A program made the position numbers and the translations under genes. DNA of 64,000 bases from Clostridia bacterium (GTDB lineage: Bacteria > Bacillota > Clostridia > UBA1381), in assembly GCA_045538755.1 (NCBI GenBank), contig JAZQEC010000002.1, forward strand, positions 117,740 through 181,739. The letters are read 5' to 3'. The notes below the pieces were generated by a model. It was given only the letters and a program-made list of their open reading frames with translations, had not been told where the DNA came from and did no database searches. How positions within the stretch are numbered: the stretch's first letter is position 1; the number at the start of each line of letters is the position of its first letter. Shown here piece after piece: positions 10,129 through 18,224 of the stretch.

Positions 10129-11007
10129 ATGGATAATAACGATAAGATACAAATATTTGAAGATAAAAAAATCAGAACTGCATGGAATGAAGAAACTGAA
10201 GAATGGTACTTTTCTGTGGTGGATGTTATATCAGTACTAACTGATCAGGCAACCCCAAGAAGTGCAAGTACATATTGGGCTGTTCTTAAAAAACGTCTTA
10301 AAGATGAGGGTGCCGATGAACTGCTTACAAATTGTAAGCAGTTGAAAATGACTGCAGCAGATGGCAAAAAAAGAATGACCGATGTTGCTGATACTGAACA
10401 ATTGCTCCGCATCATTCAGTCCATTCCTTCTCCAAAGGCAGAACCATTCAAGCTGTGGCTTGCACAGGTTGGAAGGGAAAGAATTGAAGAAACGATTGAT
10501 CCCGAAATTGCTATTGACAGAGCGTTAGAGACCTATCTCAAAAATGGTTATGATGAAGATTGGATTCATCAACGTATACTTTCCATCAGAGTAAGAAATG
10601 AACTTACTGCTGAGTGGCAACAGCGTGGCGTTGAAAAAGGCAAAGAATATGCAATTCTTACTGATGAAATCACAAAGGCATGGTCAGGTATGACAACGAG
10701 AAAATATAAAAATCTCAAAGGTCTCACCAAAGAAAACTTGAGAGATAATATGAGTACAACAGAACTCATACTTAATATGCTTGCAGAAACATCAACCAAA
10801 GATATATCAGAGCAAGAAAAGCCCGATGGGTTTGCAGAGAGTATAAAGGTTGCTCAATCAGGCGGTGAGGTTGCTAAAATCGCAAGAGAAGCCTTGGAGA
10901 AAAGAACCGGAGTTTCTGCAATAACATCAAAAAATGCAACTGAACTTAATCAGGTAGTGACAGATTTAATTGAAGGAATTGCGGAAGATATTGATGATGA
11001 TAAATAG
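10129..11007 (+). CDS. Bro-N domain protein (antirepressor/DinD-like)
   Basis: IQIFEDKKIRTAWNEETEEWYFSVVDVISVLT is a typical Bro-N start; GGAGG RBS before the ATG at 10129. Confidence 0.6.
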   Translation: MDNNDKIQIFEDKKIRTAWNEETEEWYFSVVDVISVLTDQATPRSASTYWAVLKKRLKDEGADELLTNCKQLKMTAADGKKRMTDVADTEQLLRIIQSIPSPKAEPFKLWLAQVGRERIEETIDPEIAIDRALETYLKNGYDEDWIHQRILSIRVRNELTAEWQQRGVEKGKEYAILTDEITKAWSGMTTRKYKNLKGLTKENLRDNMSTTELILNMLAETSTKDISEQEKPDGFAESIKVAQSGGEVAKIAREALEKRTGVSAITSKNATELNQVVTDLIEGIAEDIDDDK

Positions 11008-11024
11008 GCTTAAGGGGATTTTTT

Positions 11025-12572
11025 ATGAGTGCAAATATAACTTTGGGGAAATCAAATTCCACTGTAATTAAAGGGTTTTTAAAAAAGGATGATGCAGAAT
11101 ACCCATTTTTATATACTAATGGAAAATTGGATGTATTTCCTCCTGACTCAAAATCGAAGACATCATTACAATCAGGTTTTTTTGAAGAAATTAATAAACC
11201 TTTCCAAAAGGGAAAAGTTATTCCTCAACTATTTATTGAAGGAGTTACATCTACAGGCCAGAAAATTATATTTGAAACATCAGAACATCATTCTAATAAT
11301 AATGGTTTTTTAACTTATAATATTGATTCAATATACTGCTATGATAAAACCAGTACAAAATACAAACCCAATAATACAGATGATAAAACAAGTATTTCAA
11401 AGCCTGAAGATATAAAATCAGATGCAGATAAAATTGTAAAAAGAATACATAATTGGGATATAGTAACTAATGAAATTGATGGAATGGTTATTTCGGGAGA
11501 ATCTATAGATTTATTTTTCAATCCAGGTTATGCTTTTCAACTTAATAACACATGGAATGAAAATGGTTCATTGGGAGCGTTGTCTATATCTGCTTTACCA
11601 CCTACTGAATATGATTGTGGCTCAATAGAATATGACGGAATAACACTTAATGTAAAGGTAAAAGCTGTTGCTACACAACATACATTTTCTGCGGAACCTT
11701 TTTCTAGTAAAAGTAGTATGATAATAAATTTTTCAAAACCAGTAAGTATTGCAATGGTAAAAGAAGTTAGATTGTCCATAGAACATGTATTGTCATTTCT
11801 CCAAAAAAGACAAAATATCGAATTAAATGAGACGGAGATCTTTTGCACAAATTGTGGATACAAAAGAATTTTCGGATCATTTGTTATTCAAAAAAATGCA
11901 ACTATCCAAGAAATTGATAATAAAAAGAAAAAAAGATTGATTGATTATACCATTATCAAAGATTGTTTTTCCAATCTAGTCTTATTGAGTTTGCAAAACA
12001 AATTGTATTACGAAAACATCCCGAAATGTACTGCTGACTGGAATGTTTACGGACCAGATAGAATCATTTTTAATTTTGCCGCTTTTGATCGTATTAGCGA
12101 ATTATATTATTCTGAGACGATGCGTTCTCAGGATTTTTATGATGTGAGATCTTTATTCTTTGAAATATCAAAAGAACTTCAAATAAAATTTGGAGGCAAA
12201 AAGAAAAAAGCAGCTAAAGAGATAGGAAAACGGATATTGGGATTGGAGAGTAGTTTACAAGATAGATTTGTTAAAATAATTAAAGAACACATTGGTTGTA
12301 TAGATGTGTTTATGGAACTAAACTATGGTAAAACATGGCGTACAAAAATACCATCGATTGGCTCCAGATTGAATACTATTCGCAATGATATTGCACATGG
12401 TCATATGGATTTGCATTACGATGATAATACGATATTAGATTTTGAAACTCTAGAGATATTATTATATGCAATTTGGTTAAGAAAGGCTGATCTTTGCGAT
12501 TATAACATAAAAATTGCAATTGAACAATTGTTTCATTTAGGGGTGCTTATAGAAGACAAAAACAACGAATAA
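11025..12572 (+). CDS. HEPN-motif protein, ApeA-like single-protein defence candidate
   Basis: C-terminal R-x4-H motif in SRLNTIRNDIAHGH. Large N-terminal domain of unknown function. Starts 17 nt after the Bro-N gene. Confidence 0.5.
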   Translation: MSANITLGKSNSTVIKGFLKKDDAEYPFLYTNGKLDVFPPDSKSKTSLQSGFFEEINKPFQKGKVIPQLFIEGVTSTGQKIIFETSEHHSNNNGFLTYNIDSIYCYDKTSTKYKPNNTDDKTSISKPEDIKSDADKIVKRIHNWDIVTNEIDGMVISGESIDLFFNPGYAFQLNNTWNENGSLGALSISALPPTEYDCGSIEYDGITLNVKVKAVATQHTFSAEPFSSKSSMIINFSKPVSIAMVKEVRLSIEHVLSFLQKRQNIELNETEIFCTNCGYKRIFGSFVIQKNATIQEIDNKKKKRLIDYTIIKDCFSNLVLLSLQNKLYYENIPKCTADWNVYGPDRIIFNFAAFDRISELYYSETMRSQDFYDVRSLFFEISKELQIKFGGKKKKAAKEIGKRILGLESSLQDRFVKIIKEHIGCIDVFMELNYGKTWRTKIPSIGSRLNTIRNDIAHGHMDLHYDDNTILDFETLEILLYAIWLRKADLCDYNIKIAIEQLFHLGVLIEDKNNE

Positions 12573-12701
12573 CTTATTACATTTAAAAGTCTGGATTAGT
12601 AGTTTTTAAACAAGAATAAGCCTATGTTTTAAAGCATGGGCTTTTTCTGTACACAAAATTTGGTCTTCATAAACCAAAGAAAAGAATTTTGAAAACCTTC
12701 G

Positions 12702-12730
12702 TGGACTTCCGCTCTCTTCTGTGGTATGCT
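12702..12730 (+). promoter_or_regulatory. Promoter-like element, copy A (TGGACT-17-TGgTATGCT)
   Basis: Part of a 36-nt block (12696-12731) that is 30/36 identical to 26345-26380. Followed by an RBS, a 17-codon ORF (12755-12808) and a hairpin. Confidence 0.35.
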
Positions 12731-12902
12731 TTGTCTCGCAGGAGGTGAAAAAATATGACAAGGCATACAAATGACTTAAGGCGATTGTTAATTCCTTTTA
12801 TGAATTAGCAATCGCCTTTTGAAATTAATACACTGAAACATTGACAACTCTTATATATTTTATCATTGGTGGTAAAATAAAATAAAAAGGAGTTGTTGAA
12901 AC

Positions 12903-13748
12903 ATGAATGAAATTACTAAACGCACTATTGAAGACTACAAGAATTATTTAATCGAGGAAGAAAAAAGTTCCGTCACCATAGAAAAATATATTCGTGACAT
13001 AAATGCATTCGTGCAGTGGTCGGACGGCAGAGCAATGACAAAGATACTTGTGCTTGAATACAAAAACATATTAGTACAGCAATATGCTCCTGCAAGTGTG
13101 AATTCGGTTTTATCTTCTCTCAACGGATACTTTAATTACATTGAAAGATACGATCTGAGGGTCAAGAACTTAAAAGTGCAAAGACAAATCTTCTGTCAGA
13201 GTGAAAAGGAACTGACCAAAGCAGAATACGAAAGACTTCTCAAAGCTGCAAAGAATAAAAAGAATGAGCGCCTCTACCTCATTATGCAAACGATATGTGC
13301 CACAGGAATCCGTGTGAGTGAACTGAAATACATCGATGTAAATTCTGTTATGACAGGTCAGGCTCAGGTTAGGTTGAAAGGCAAAATTCGAATAATAATA
13401 CTTCCAAAGGAACTGTGCCAACTACTGAAAAAATATATAAAGGAAAGGCATATCACATCAGGCAGTGTATTCGTAACGAGAAAAGGTCAACCTGTGGACA
13501 GGCACTCAATATGGAAATCGATGAAACAGTTGTGCGAGACCGCCGGAGTGTCAAAAGAAAAAGTGTTCCCACATAACCTCCGCCACCTGTTCGCACGAAC
13601 CTACTATTCGCTACAAAAAGATATCGTTCGCCTGGCGGATATACTTGGTCACTCAAGCGTAAATACTACCAGAATCTATACCATAGAAAATGGTTCTACC
13701 CACCGCAGGCAAATGCAAAGAATGGGACTTGTACGGATGCAAAATTAA
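12903..13748 (+). CDS. Tyrosine site-specific recombinase (XerC/XerD-like)
   Basis: ATGIRVSEL (Arg), HNLRHLFARTY (H-x-x-R) and LGHSSVNTTRIYT (His and Tyr) catalytic motifs; N-terminal SAM-like domain. Confidence 0.85.
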   Translation: MNEITKRTIEDYKNYLIEEEKSSVTIEKYIRDINAFVQWSDGRAMTKILVLEYKNILVQQYAPASVNSVLSSLNGYFNYIERYDLRVKNLKVQRQIFCQSEKELTKAEYERLLKAAKNKKNERLYLIMQTICATGIRVSELKYIDVNSVMTGQAQVRLKGKIRIIILPKELCQLLKKYIKERHITSGSVFVTRKGQPVDRHSIWKSMKQLCETAGVSKEKVFPHNLRHLFARTYYSLQKDIVRLADILGHSSVNTTRIYTIENGSTHRRQMQRMGLVRMQN

Positions 13749-13753
13749 AAAAC

Positions 13754-13773
13754 CACATAATCAGCATTATGTG
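13754..13773. repeat. Inverted repeat, left copy (cacataatcagcattatgtg)
   Basis: Perfect 20-bp reverse complement of 13984-14003. Each copy has 8-bp palindromic arms around an asymmetric 4-nt centre (cagc versus gctg). Begins 6 nt after the recombinase stop. Confidence 0.75.
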
Positions 13774-13799
13774 GCAAAATAATTAAAATATTTGAATAA

Positions 13800-13828
13800 A
13801 TTATACCACAAAAATACATAAAGGTCAA
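13800..13828 (-). promoter_or_regulatory. Near-consensus sigma-A promoter inside the IR-bounded segment, currently pointing away from the downstream genes
   Basis: Minus strand reads TTGACC, a 17-nt spacer, then TGgTATAAT (extended -10). Confidence 0.6.
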
Positions 13829-13983
13829 TGTTTCAGAGATAAATAGAACGAATTTATAAAATTTGCACACGGCAAATAGACCAATGAAAAAAATCGAACT
13901 CATTGGTCTGAGGCTCTTTTGAATTCGTGGTAACTGCAATCACCTGAGAGGGTGATTTTTTTGTTTCAGCCGTCTTAGTTACA

Positions 13984-14003
13984 CACATAATGCTGATTAT
14001 GTG
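13984..14003. repeat. Inverted repeat, right copy (cacataatgctgattatgtg)
   Basis: Perfect reverse complement of 13754-13773; lies 25 nt upstream of the ATG at 14028. Confidence 0.75.
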
Positions 14004-14027
14004 AGCTAATGGGAGTTGAGTAGAAAT

Positions 14028-14549
14028 ATGCCCGACATAGATAAAGAAAAATCTTGCTGCTTCTTCGGTCACAGAAAGATTACTGAAACAGAAGAATTAA
14101 AAAATAACCTATGCAGAATTATAGAAAATTTAATTGTAAATGAAAAAGTTGATACCTTCCTATTCGGGAGCAAAAGCGAATTTGACAGTTTGTGCCTTAA
14201 AACAGTAACCGAGTTGCGAGAAAAATATCCTCGCATCAAGCGGATATACGTCAGGTCAGCATTTCAACATATTCCCGACTGGTATGAGGATAGTCTGCTT
14301 AAACATTATGAAGGTACATACTTCCCTGAACATATGGAAAACGCAGGCAGAGCATCTTATGTGGAACGCAATCAGGAAATGATTAACCACAGTAAATTCT
14401 GCGTGGTTTATTACGATGAAAACTATCTTCCTCCAAGACGTAGAAACAGCAGACGGGATTTGTTTGACTACCAACCCAGAAGTGGCACAAAGCTTGCTTA
14501 TGAATATGCTGAAAGAAAAAACAGAAGTATTATTAATCTTTTGAGTTGA
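14028..14549 (+). CDS. SLOG-superfamily protein (DUF1273/YpsA-like)
   Basis: N-terminal CCFFGHRKI motif, then an alternating beta/alpha pattern and about 175 aa, typical of DUF1273. Confidence 0.5.
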   Translation: MPDIDKEKSCCFFGHRKITETEELKNNLCRIIENLIVNEKVDTFLFGSKSEFDSLCLKTVTELREKYPRIKRIYVRSAFQHIPDWYEDSLLKHYEGTYFPEHMENAGRASYVERNQEMINHSKFCVVYYDENYLPPRRRNSRRDLFDYQPRSGTKLAYEYAERKNRSIINLLS

Positions 14550-14638
14550 GACATTTTTGAAATATGTCTCTAAAGTTCTTGTATAATATACATTATGCAT
14601 AAAATTTGTCTAAATATAAAGAAAAATGGTGAAACACA

Positions 14639-14668
14639 TTGACAAATCTAACACCAATATGGTAAAAT
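14639..14668 (+). promoter_or_regulatory. Sigma-A-type promoter upstream of the XRE gene
   Basis: TTGACA, an 18-nt spacer, then TGgTAAAAT. Confidence 0.5.
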
Positions 14669-14723
14669 AATGTAAATTATGAATTCATTTAGTTGGTTAC
14701 TCTACGAAAAGAGGTTTGTAATA

Positions 14724-15269
14724 ATGGAAGAGATATCAAGATTTTTTCTAACTGAAGAAGAAAAGAATGAATTTATCGAAGCATTGACACCGGAATTAGC
14801 ACTGCTCCGGGCAAAAGCAGAAATATCACAAGAAGAAATAGCAAATTTAATAGGAGTTTCAAGACAAACGTATGGTTCGATAGAGAGAAAGGCGAGAAAA
14901 ATGTCATGGAATACTTACCTATCTCTTATTCTTTTTTATGATTATAATAAAAAAACGCACAAGATGATTCGAAACATCTCAGCTTTTCCGCATGAGTTAA
15001 TTAAACGTTTTAACGAAGGTGAAGAACCGGTTGACTTTGAGTTAAACATGTTATTTAAGGCGGATACAAAGAACATTATTGATTCGTTAGATGAACAGGC
15101 TATCTCCACACTAAAGACCATTTTAATGGTAGAATATTCTCGTTGTAATAATATTTCTGGTGAAGCGGTTGTTAAGTTCTTTGAGGGTGTTGATTTTACA
15201 AAGAGAGAAATTTCAGAAAAACAAGAAGATACAGCACAAGCATTAAAGAACATTAAAAGGAACAATTAG
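14724..15269 (+). CDS. XRE-family HTH transcriptional regulator
   Basis: ISQEEIANLIGVSRQTYGSIERKARKMSWNTYLSL HTH_3-type motif; AGAGG RBS before the ATG at 14724. Confidence 0.75.
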   Translation: MEEISRFFLTEEEKNEFIEALTPELALLRAKAEISQEEIANLIGVSRQTYGSIERKARKMSWNTYLSLILFYDYNKKTHKMIRNISAFPHELIKRFNEGEEPVDFELNMLFKADTKNIIDSLDEQAISTLKTILMVEYSRCNNISGEAVVKFFEGVDFTKREISEKQEDTAQALKNIKRNN

Positions 15270-15272
15270 AAT

Positions 15273-15950
15273 ATGAGCAAAGCTATTAAGAAAATTACAA
15301 ACCAATTTATAAAACAACATTCAATATCAGTTGTAAATTATTCTACTTTAAGAGACGTGGCAAAAAGAATTGGTTATACAATTATAGAATTCAATAACAT
15401 TTTTAATGATAAAGATGTTGAAACGGTTATACAGAATTTACGACTCAGTGAAGCGGTGTCTCAATCAAGAGGATTTACATATGTAAGTAAAGATTATCGC
15501 CTTATTTTTATAAATGAGGATTTAAGCGATGATGAAAAGACTTTGGTTCTCTCGCATGAACTTGGGCATATTGTTTGCGAACATTTTACAACCACTCCTA
15601 TCATAGGCAAGGATGTCAAAGAGGAATATGAAGCAAATGAATTTTCTCATTATTTATTAAATCAAAACTCTTTGCGTAATTTAAAACTTACGATTACAAA
15701 ACATAAAAAGAAAGTAGCAGTAGTTGCACTGTCTTTTGTTGCCATATTGGTTACGATTGTCACTGTTATCACTATTAATCAAGAACAATCGTATTACGAC
15801 AATTGTTATATCACATCGACAGGAAATAAATACCATAAAAAAGATTGTATTTTTGTCAAGGATAAAACAACTGTAAAACGGTTGACTAAAGAAGAATATG
15901 ATGCCGGCAAATATGAAGCGTGCGACATGTGCTTGCCTGACAAAGAATAA
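15273..15950 (+). CDS. ImmA/IrrE-family zinc metallopeptidase with a TM helix and a C-terminal His/Cys cluster
   Basis: HELGHIVCEH HEXXH motif. TM helix VAVVALSFVAILVTIVTVITI. C-terminal YHKKDC...CDMC. Starts 4 nt after the XRE stop, the classic ImmR/ImmA pairing. Confidence 0.7.
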   Translation: MSKAIKKITNQFIKQHSISVVNYSTLRDVAKRIGYTIIEFNNIFNDKDVETVIQNLRLSEAVSQSRGFTYVSKDYRLIFINEDLSDDEKTLVLSHELGHIVCEHFTTTPIIGKDVKEEYEANEFSHYLLNQNSLRNLKLTITKHKKKVAVVALSFVAILVTIVTVITINQEQSYYDNCYITSTGNKYHKKDCIFVKDKTTVKRLTKEEYDAGKYEACDMCLPDKE

Positions 15951-15982
15951 ACATCTGCATTATGAGGAGAAAGGAAATTATT

Positions 15983-16852
15983 ATGGATAACGAAAAGAAA
16001 GTTATGTCTGCAACAGAAAACATAGAAAGCTCGGAGAATGTAGTTTTAGAAACACCAAATGCAACAGAAGAATCATGTTCCGTTGAATCAAATAGTGAAG
16101 AAAGAAGATGCCCAAACTGTGAAGCACTGATTATTGAAGAGAAATCTTTCTGCACGGAATGTGGTACTTCACTAAAAAGTGCCTGCGCAAAGTGTGGTAC
16201 AGAGTTGCAACCTGGACAACTTTTCTGTCCAGAATGCGGTAACCAAATAACTGAAAGCAACTGCGATGGGAATATAGCACAATATAATAAAGAAATTGCT
16301 GATAAGCAGAGAAAGAAAGGTAAACACAAAAAACTTAAAATCGTTCTAAGTGTAATTTTAGCAGTTTTGGTCGTAGTCGGTGGTTATTTTGGTTATATCT
16401 ATCATTTGAGACAACAAGTTTTAGGATATGCAATAGAAACAGAAAAATATATTGAAGCTATAAATGATACCAAAAGCGATCTCTCGGCTGCTAACGAAGC
16501 CTGGAATATAGTAAACAACGGTGGTTCTTGGCTTTACTATGGAACATTAAAATCTTATGCTAGATCGATGTTTTCAACTAACATTTCAAATGCAAAAACT
16601 GCAAATTCAAAAATAGTAGACCTCTATAATGATATAAAAGAATTTGAAATGGATGATTCATATGTTGATGATATAAAAGCAAAAGCACAAGAAGTGCAAG
16701 ATGTTTATTTGAGCGTGTATGATTCTGTAATTGTCAACGAAAGCGGCTATAGCAGTTCGAGTCTTTCAAATTTATCTACTAAGATTTCAGAACTCCAAAA
16801 AATTGTAGAAAATGTTAAAGATGCGTATGGTAACGCAAATGTGAAAAAATAA
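15983..16852 (+). CDS. Double zinc-ribbon / single-pass TM protein with helical extracytoplasmic domain
   Basis: CPNC-x10-FCTECG and CAKCG-x9-FCPECG, Lys-rich stop-transfer KQRKKGKHKK, TM helix IVLSVILAVLVVVGGYFGYIY. Confidence 0.6.
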   Translation: MDNEKKVMSATENIESSENVVLETPNATEESCSVESNSEERRCPNCEALIIEEKSFCTECGTSLKSACAKCGTELQPGQLFCPECGNQITESNCDGNIAQYNKEIADKQRKKGKHKKLKIVLSVILAVLVVVGGYFGYIYHLRQQVLGYAIETEKYIEAINDTKSDLSAANEAWNIVNNGGSWLYYGTLKSYARSMFSTNISNAKTANSKIVDLYNDIKEFEMDDSYVDDIKAKAQEVQDVYLSVYDSVIVNESGYSSSSLSNLSTKISELQKIVENVKDAYGNANVKK

Positions 16853-16887
16853 ACCGCATAGCGGTATATAGAAAGGAACTTTATATT

Positions 16888-17574
16888 ATGGAAAACGAAA
16901 ACAAAGTTATGCAGGAAGCAACAGTAACCGAAGCGGTTGAAAACGAAGCAAAGCAGCCTACAACAGAAAACAGATGCCCAAATTGTCAGGCTCTGCTTGG
17001 TGAAGGTCAAACCTTCTGTCCCGAGTGTGGAACTCCGCTTAAAAAACTTTGTCAGAAATGTGGTGCAGAACTGCAGAATGGACAGGTGTTTTGCGCAAAG
17101 TGTGGTCAAAAGACGGATGGAACCGTTGTGTTGGATGCTAGCCAAGCCATCAATCAGTTTAATACAAATATGGTAGCTCAACAAAAGAAAAACAAACTTA
17201 TTCCAGTTATTATTGGCGGAGTTTGCGTAGCTATTGCCATTCTACTTTTTGCTAGCGGAACAATCGGCGGTGGAGTGAATTTTGAAAAGAAATTTGCAGA
17301 TATAGCAGATGAATCATGGTGTGACATAGCATCTGATGGAAGTTATATGAAGTTAGATACAAATCCATATGATATTGAGGATAGCTTTGAAAGAGATGCA
17401 TGGAATGCAATTGAAGATACCAATGCAGAATTAGGCTTTTCAGAAGCGTTATTTAGTAAAATGGGTGAAACGCGGTCTATGGATGGAAGACAGTCAGACG
17501 AAAACGATAAATATAAAGTGACTTGGACATATCACCCGGATAAAGGTCTTGAAGTTATGTATGAGAAGAAATAA
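16888..17574 (+). CDS. Double zinc-ribbon / single-pass TM protein (paralog of the previous gene in its N-terminal module)
   Basis: CPNC-x10-FCPECG and CQKCG-x9-FCAKCG; TM helix LIPVIIGGVCVAIAILLFA. The N-terminus MENENKVMQ parallels MDNEKKVMS. Confidence 0.6.
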   Translation: MENENKVMQEATVTEAVENEAKQPTTENRCPNCQALLGEGQTFCPECGTPLKKLCQKCGAELQNGQVFCAKCGQKTDGTVVLDASQAINQFNTNMVAQQKKNKLIPVIIGGVCVAIAILLFASGTIGGGVNFEKKFADIADESWCDIASDGSYMKLDTNPYDIEDSFERDAWNAIEDTNAELGFSEALFSKMGETRSMDGRQSDENDKYKVTWTYHPDKGLEVMYEKK

Positions 17575-17608
17575 ATAACAACAAAAAATTTGACAAGGAG
17601 AATATATC

Positions 17609-18214
17609 ATGGGAAAATTAAATGTAATTATTGTTGACGCAACAGGAAACAAGGAGCAAAAGGTTGGATTACCTGATGATGTAAAAATCGGTATCATTAT
17701 GGTTAAGCTTGTTGAAAAAATCAAATTGCCTTCAACAGGTCCTGATGGTAATCCTATCAGCTATAAATTCATACATAAAGTTTCCGGAAGACAGCTTTTG
17801 GAAACACAGACTTTAGCAGATGCTCATATCAAAGATGGAGATGTATTAAGGCTTCAACCCGAAATTACTGCAGGCGCAGTTTGCACAAAGTGCGGTAAAA
17901 CTATGCAAGATGGAGTTGCTTTTTGCACAGATTGCGGACAGCCGATGAATATTGTACAGCAACCAAATTTTGTTCAACCCAATTATGGAGTATATCAGGT
18001 TAACACAATCAACAAATCTACCCCTGTTAAGGTGTTGGGAATTATTTCGTCGGTAATACATTTTTTGGCGACATTTATATTTTTAATGGTAGCTTTCGAT
18101 TGTTATGATTTTGAATATGCAGCACCATATCTTATGTTTGCGTTTTTCTTTTGTGCCCAGGGGTTTTTAACTTTAGCAATGACTATTTATATGTCAAACA
18201 GAATTAAAAAGTAA
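17609..18214 (+). CDS. Ubiquitin-like beta-grasp domain fused to a zinc ribbon and two TM helices (tethered Ubl precursor)
   Basis: Residues 1-89 have a beta-grasp-like pattern ending GDVLRLQPEITAG (compare ubiquitin LVLRLRGG). Then CTKCG-x9-FCTDCG and two hydrophobic helices. Confidence 0.6.
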   Translation: MGKLNVIIVDATGNKEQKVGLPDDVKIGIIMVKLVEKIKLPSTGPDGNPISYKFIHKVSGRQLLETQTLADAHIKDGDVLRLQPEITAGAVCTKCGKTMQDGVAFCTDCGQPMNIVQQPNFVQPNYGVYQVNTINKSTPVKVLGIISSVIHFLATFIFLMVAFDCYDFEYAAPYLMFAFFFCAQGFLTLAMTIYMSNRIKK

Positions 18215-18224
18215 GGTGAATATT

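Noticed and set aside
13745-14072. Two minus-strand ORFs (64 and 72 aa) across the IR-bounded segment
   Set aside because: They span the inverted repeats and the promoter and have no RBS. The region is better explained as regulatory DNA.
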